Below, piece by piece: positions 61,285-64,000 of a DNA stretch of 64,000 nt. Each line of letters begins with the position of its first letter. The first letter of the stretch is position 1. This DNA is from the human T2T-CHM13v2.0 reference genome, Homo sapiens, in NCBI RefSeq assembly GCF_009914755.1, contig NC_060937.1. One strand, 5' to 3'. Below the pieces are notes generated by a model. It made no database searches. It had not been told where the DNA came from and saw only the letters and a list, made by a program, of their open reading frames with translations. The position numbers and the translations under genes are program-made.

Positions 61285-62398
61285 AAAAGGCAAGGGTGGA
61301 AGCAGGGAGACTGGTTGGGAGGCTGTTGCAATAATTCAGATGAAAAATGATGGTGGCTTGGGCCAGCATGGTGCAGCAGAGGTGGTGAGAAGTGGTGAGA
61401 TTCTGGATATATTTATAAAGTACAATGAACAAGATTTTAAAAGTAAGATGAACAAGAACAGATTGGATGTCAGGTGTAGAGAAAGAGTCAAGGATGATAT
61501 CAAGGTTTGGAATTTCAATCGCTGGCAGGATGGAGTTTTCATCAGCTAAGTTGGGGAAGGCTGTGAGAGGCATTTCTGATAGCTGTGGTGAGCCAGGGTA
61601 TAGTCATGAGTTCATGTTTGGACTTGTTGTTTTGAAAGCCTGCTAAATATCCAAGTGGAGTAAGTTATTGAAGTGCAAGTGTGGAATTCAGGGAAAATGC
61701 CCGGATTGAAGATAAGAGTTTGGAACTCATTGTCACATAGAGTATATCCAAAGCCAAGTGATTAAATGAGATTACACAGTAGTGAGTTTAGATCAAAAAG
61801 AGTTTGGGTGGACTTGTCCACAGCTGTAAATTGTAGGAGCAACTGTAACACTATCAAACGAGAACTAGAATTCTCTCCCTGCTCACTCCACTTTCAGAAG
61901 TTTAGTTAATAAGAGTGCATGGTTTCCAGGTTAGTGAGCTGGGCCAGTGTTCCAGTGGTATAGGGTCAACACTAACAGTGTAAGAACAGACAGACATATC
62001 TAAACCTCTAAATCTGAAGTCCAATCAAGAATATTGTCATGGACAAGGGGGAAATGCTGTTGACTAGCAGCTGGAAAATCAGTTATTTGTCTTCCAGATC
62101 AGTGGTTCTCAATGTTGGCTATACTTTGGAATCAACTGGCAGGCTTTAAGCATCACTGAGGATTGGGTCCCACCCCAGGATTCCGATTTAATTGGTCTGG
62201 GGTGCAGCCTAGACTCTGGGAGTTTAAAATGTTCCCAAGGGATTCTGAGGTACAGCCAAGGTTGAAAACCACCACGGTAGCTAAAGAACGCTACAGTTAA
62301 TAAGTCATCATTATCAGCACCTTTACAACCAGCTCCTAGTTTGCTTTTTGTTCAGAAAGATGTTAGAAGTGACTAAACTATGACAGCATGACTGCTCA

Positions 62399-62744
<346 letters not shown>

Positions 62745-62983
62745 TTAAGTTGTTGCTAAGCAGGTATTTCTCAGAACATTAGGCCAAGACCCCAAGGATG
62801 TGTGGAAACAGAATAACAATTTGGGCTTTTTTGTTTGGTTTGTACCACAGTAGGTGGTGTGCAGTACAGCAGAAGAATCATCTACTGGTTTGTAAGGGAA
62901 GGATCACAAAGCATGGACACAGAGTGTATCCAAACATAGGCAATGTGAGTGAATTTAGCACTTTTCAGAAGAACGTAGAATAG

Positions 62984-63324
<341 letters not shown>

Positions 63325-64000
63325 TGATATAAGACATTTTTAACTGTTTGAATAGTGCTTTCAGAGTTCCTTCAAACATATTTCTATGTTTGTTTGCCAG
63401 AGTATAGCTCCATCTGAACCCCACTCAGTTGACCCCAAAAAGGTCACGCTGTTCTTGTGGCTACAGTACAGGGACATCATGTTGATGAGACAGGTAGGTT
63501 TCGTGGCACAGAATTGTGAAAGATAAAAGTATTTTGAAGAGCAAACCTATATCACCCTAAGTTTCTTTTGCTTTCAATAACTTAACATGACTCAATGTAG
63601 AGAGGACAAGCAAAATGCTAGAAAAGTGGTACAGTTTGTACTATGTCAGCATTAGATTTGGTGTTTAATTTAGGTTAAGACAATCCAGCAGACTTTGTCC
63701 CAAAACCTCGCATATTCACACAGAATCTGGCCATAAAAACAAAGTTGAGACCCAAATGAAAACAATGTTTTCTATTTCTTAGTTGTTTGATAGCAATGTG
63801 TTTTCTGAGGCAAAAGGACTGGGATCATCAGGCTGTTCTTCCTTTTTAGGGTGTATATAATCCAAGAAAAACGTGCTGCTGGGTTATAGAATGCTAAGGT
63901 TGAGTTTTAAACTCACTGGGAAAATAAATGTAGCAATCAAAAGTATCCTGTTGTAAATAGTAATAGGTGGATTAGCTCTTGGGTACTATCAACAACCTGT

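Overview
Human genomic DNA (Alu/L1/LTR-rich; contains a human-specific AluYb8). It carries the 5' half of the interferon-inducible gene EPSTI1 on the minus strand: a CpG-island promoter with an overlapping ISRE/GAS element (~50.3-51.2 kb) and coding exons 1-6, all with GT-AG boundaries and one continuous reading frame (563 coding nt). Exon 7 onward lies beyond the left edge; ~13 kb of upstream intergenic DNA is on the right. Most other listed ORFs are Alu/L1/LTR artefacts. Most notable: (i) exons 2-6 total 375 nt and, if back-spliced (circEPSTI1), form a stop-free circular reading frame; (ii) a 5'-intact, 3'-truncated retrocopy of the lncRNA NORAD, with Pumilio elements, lies sense in intron 6; (iii) an LTR12 with tandem CCAAT boxes points antisense into exon 6; (iv) several candidate polymorphic structural features. 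Repeat subfamily calls are from recognition of consensus sequences, not a RepeatMasker run, and repeat boundaries are approximate unless TSDs are given.
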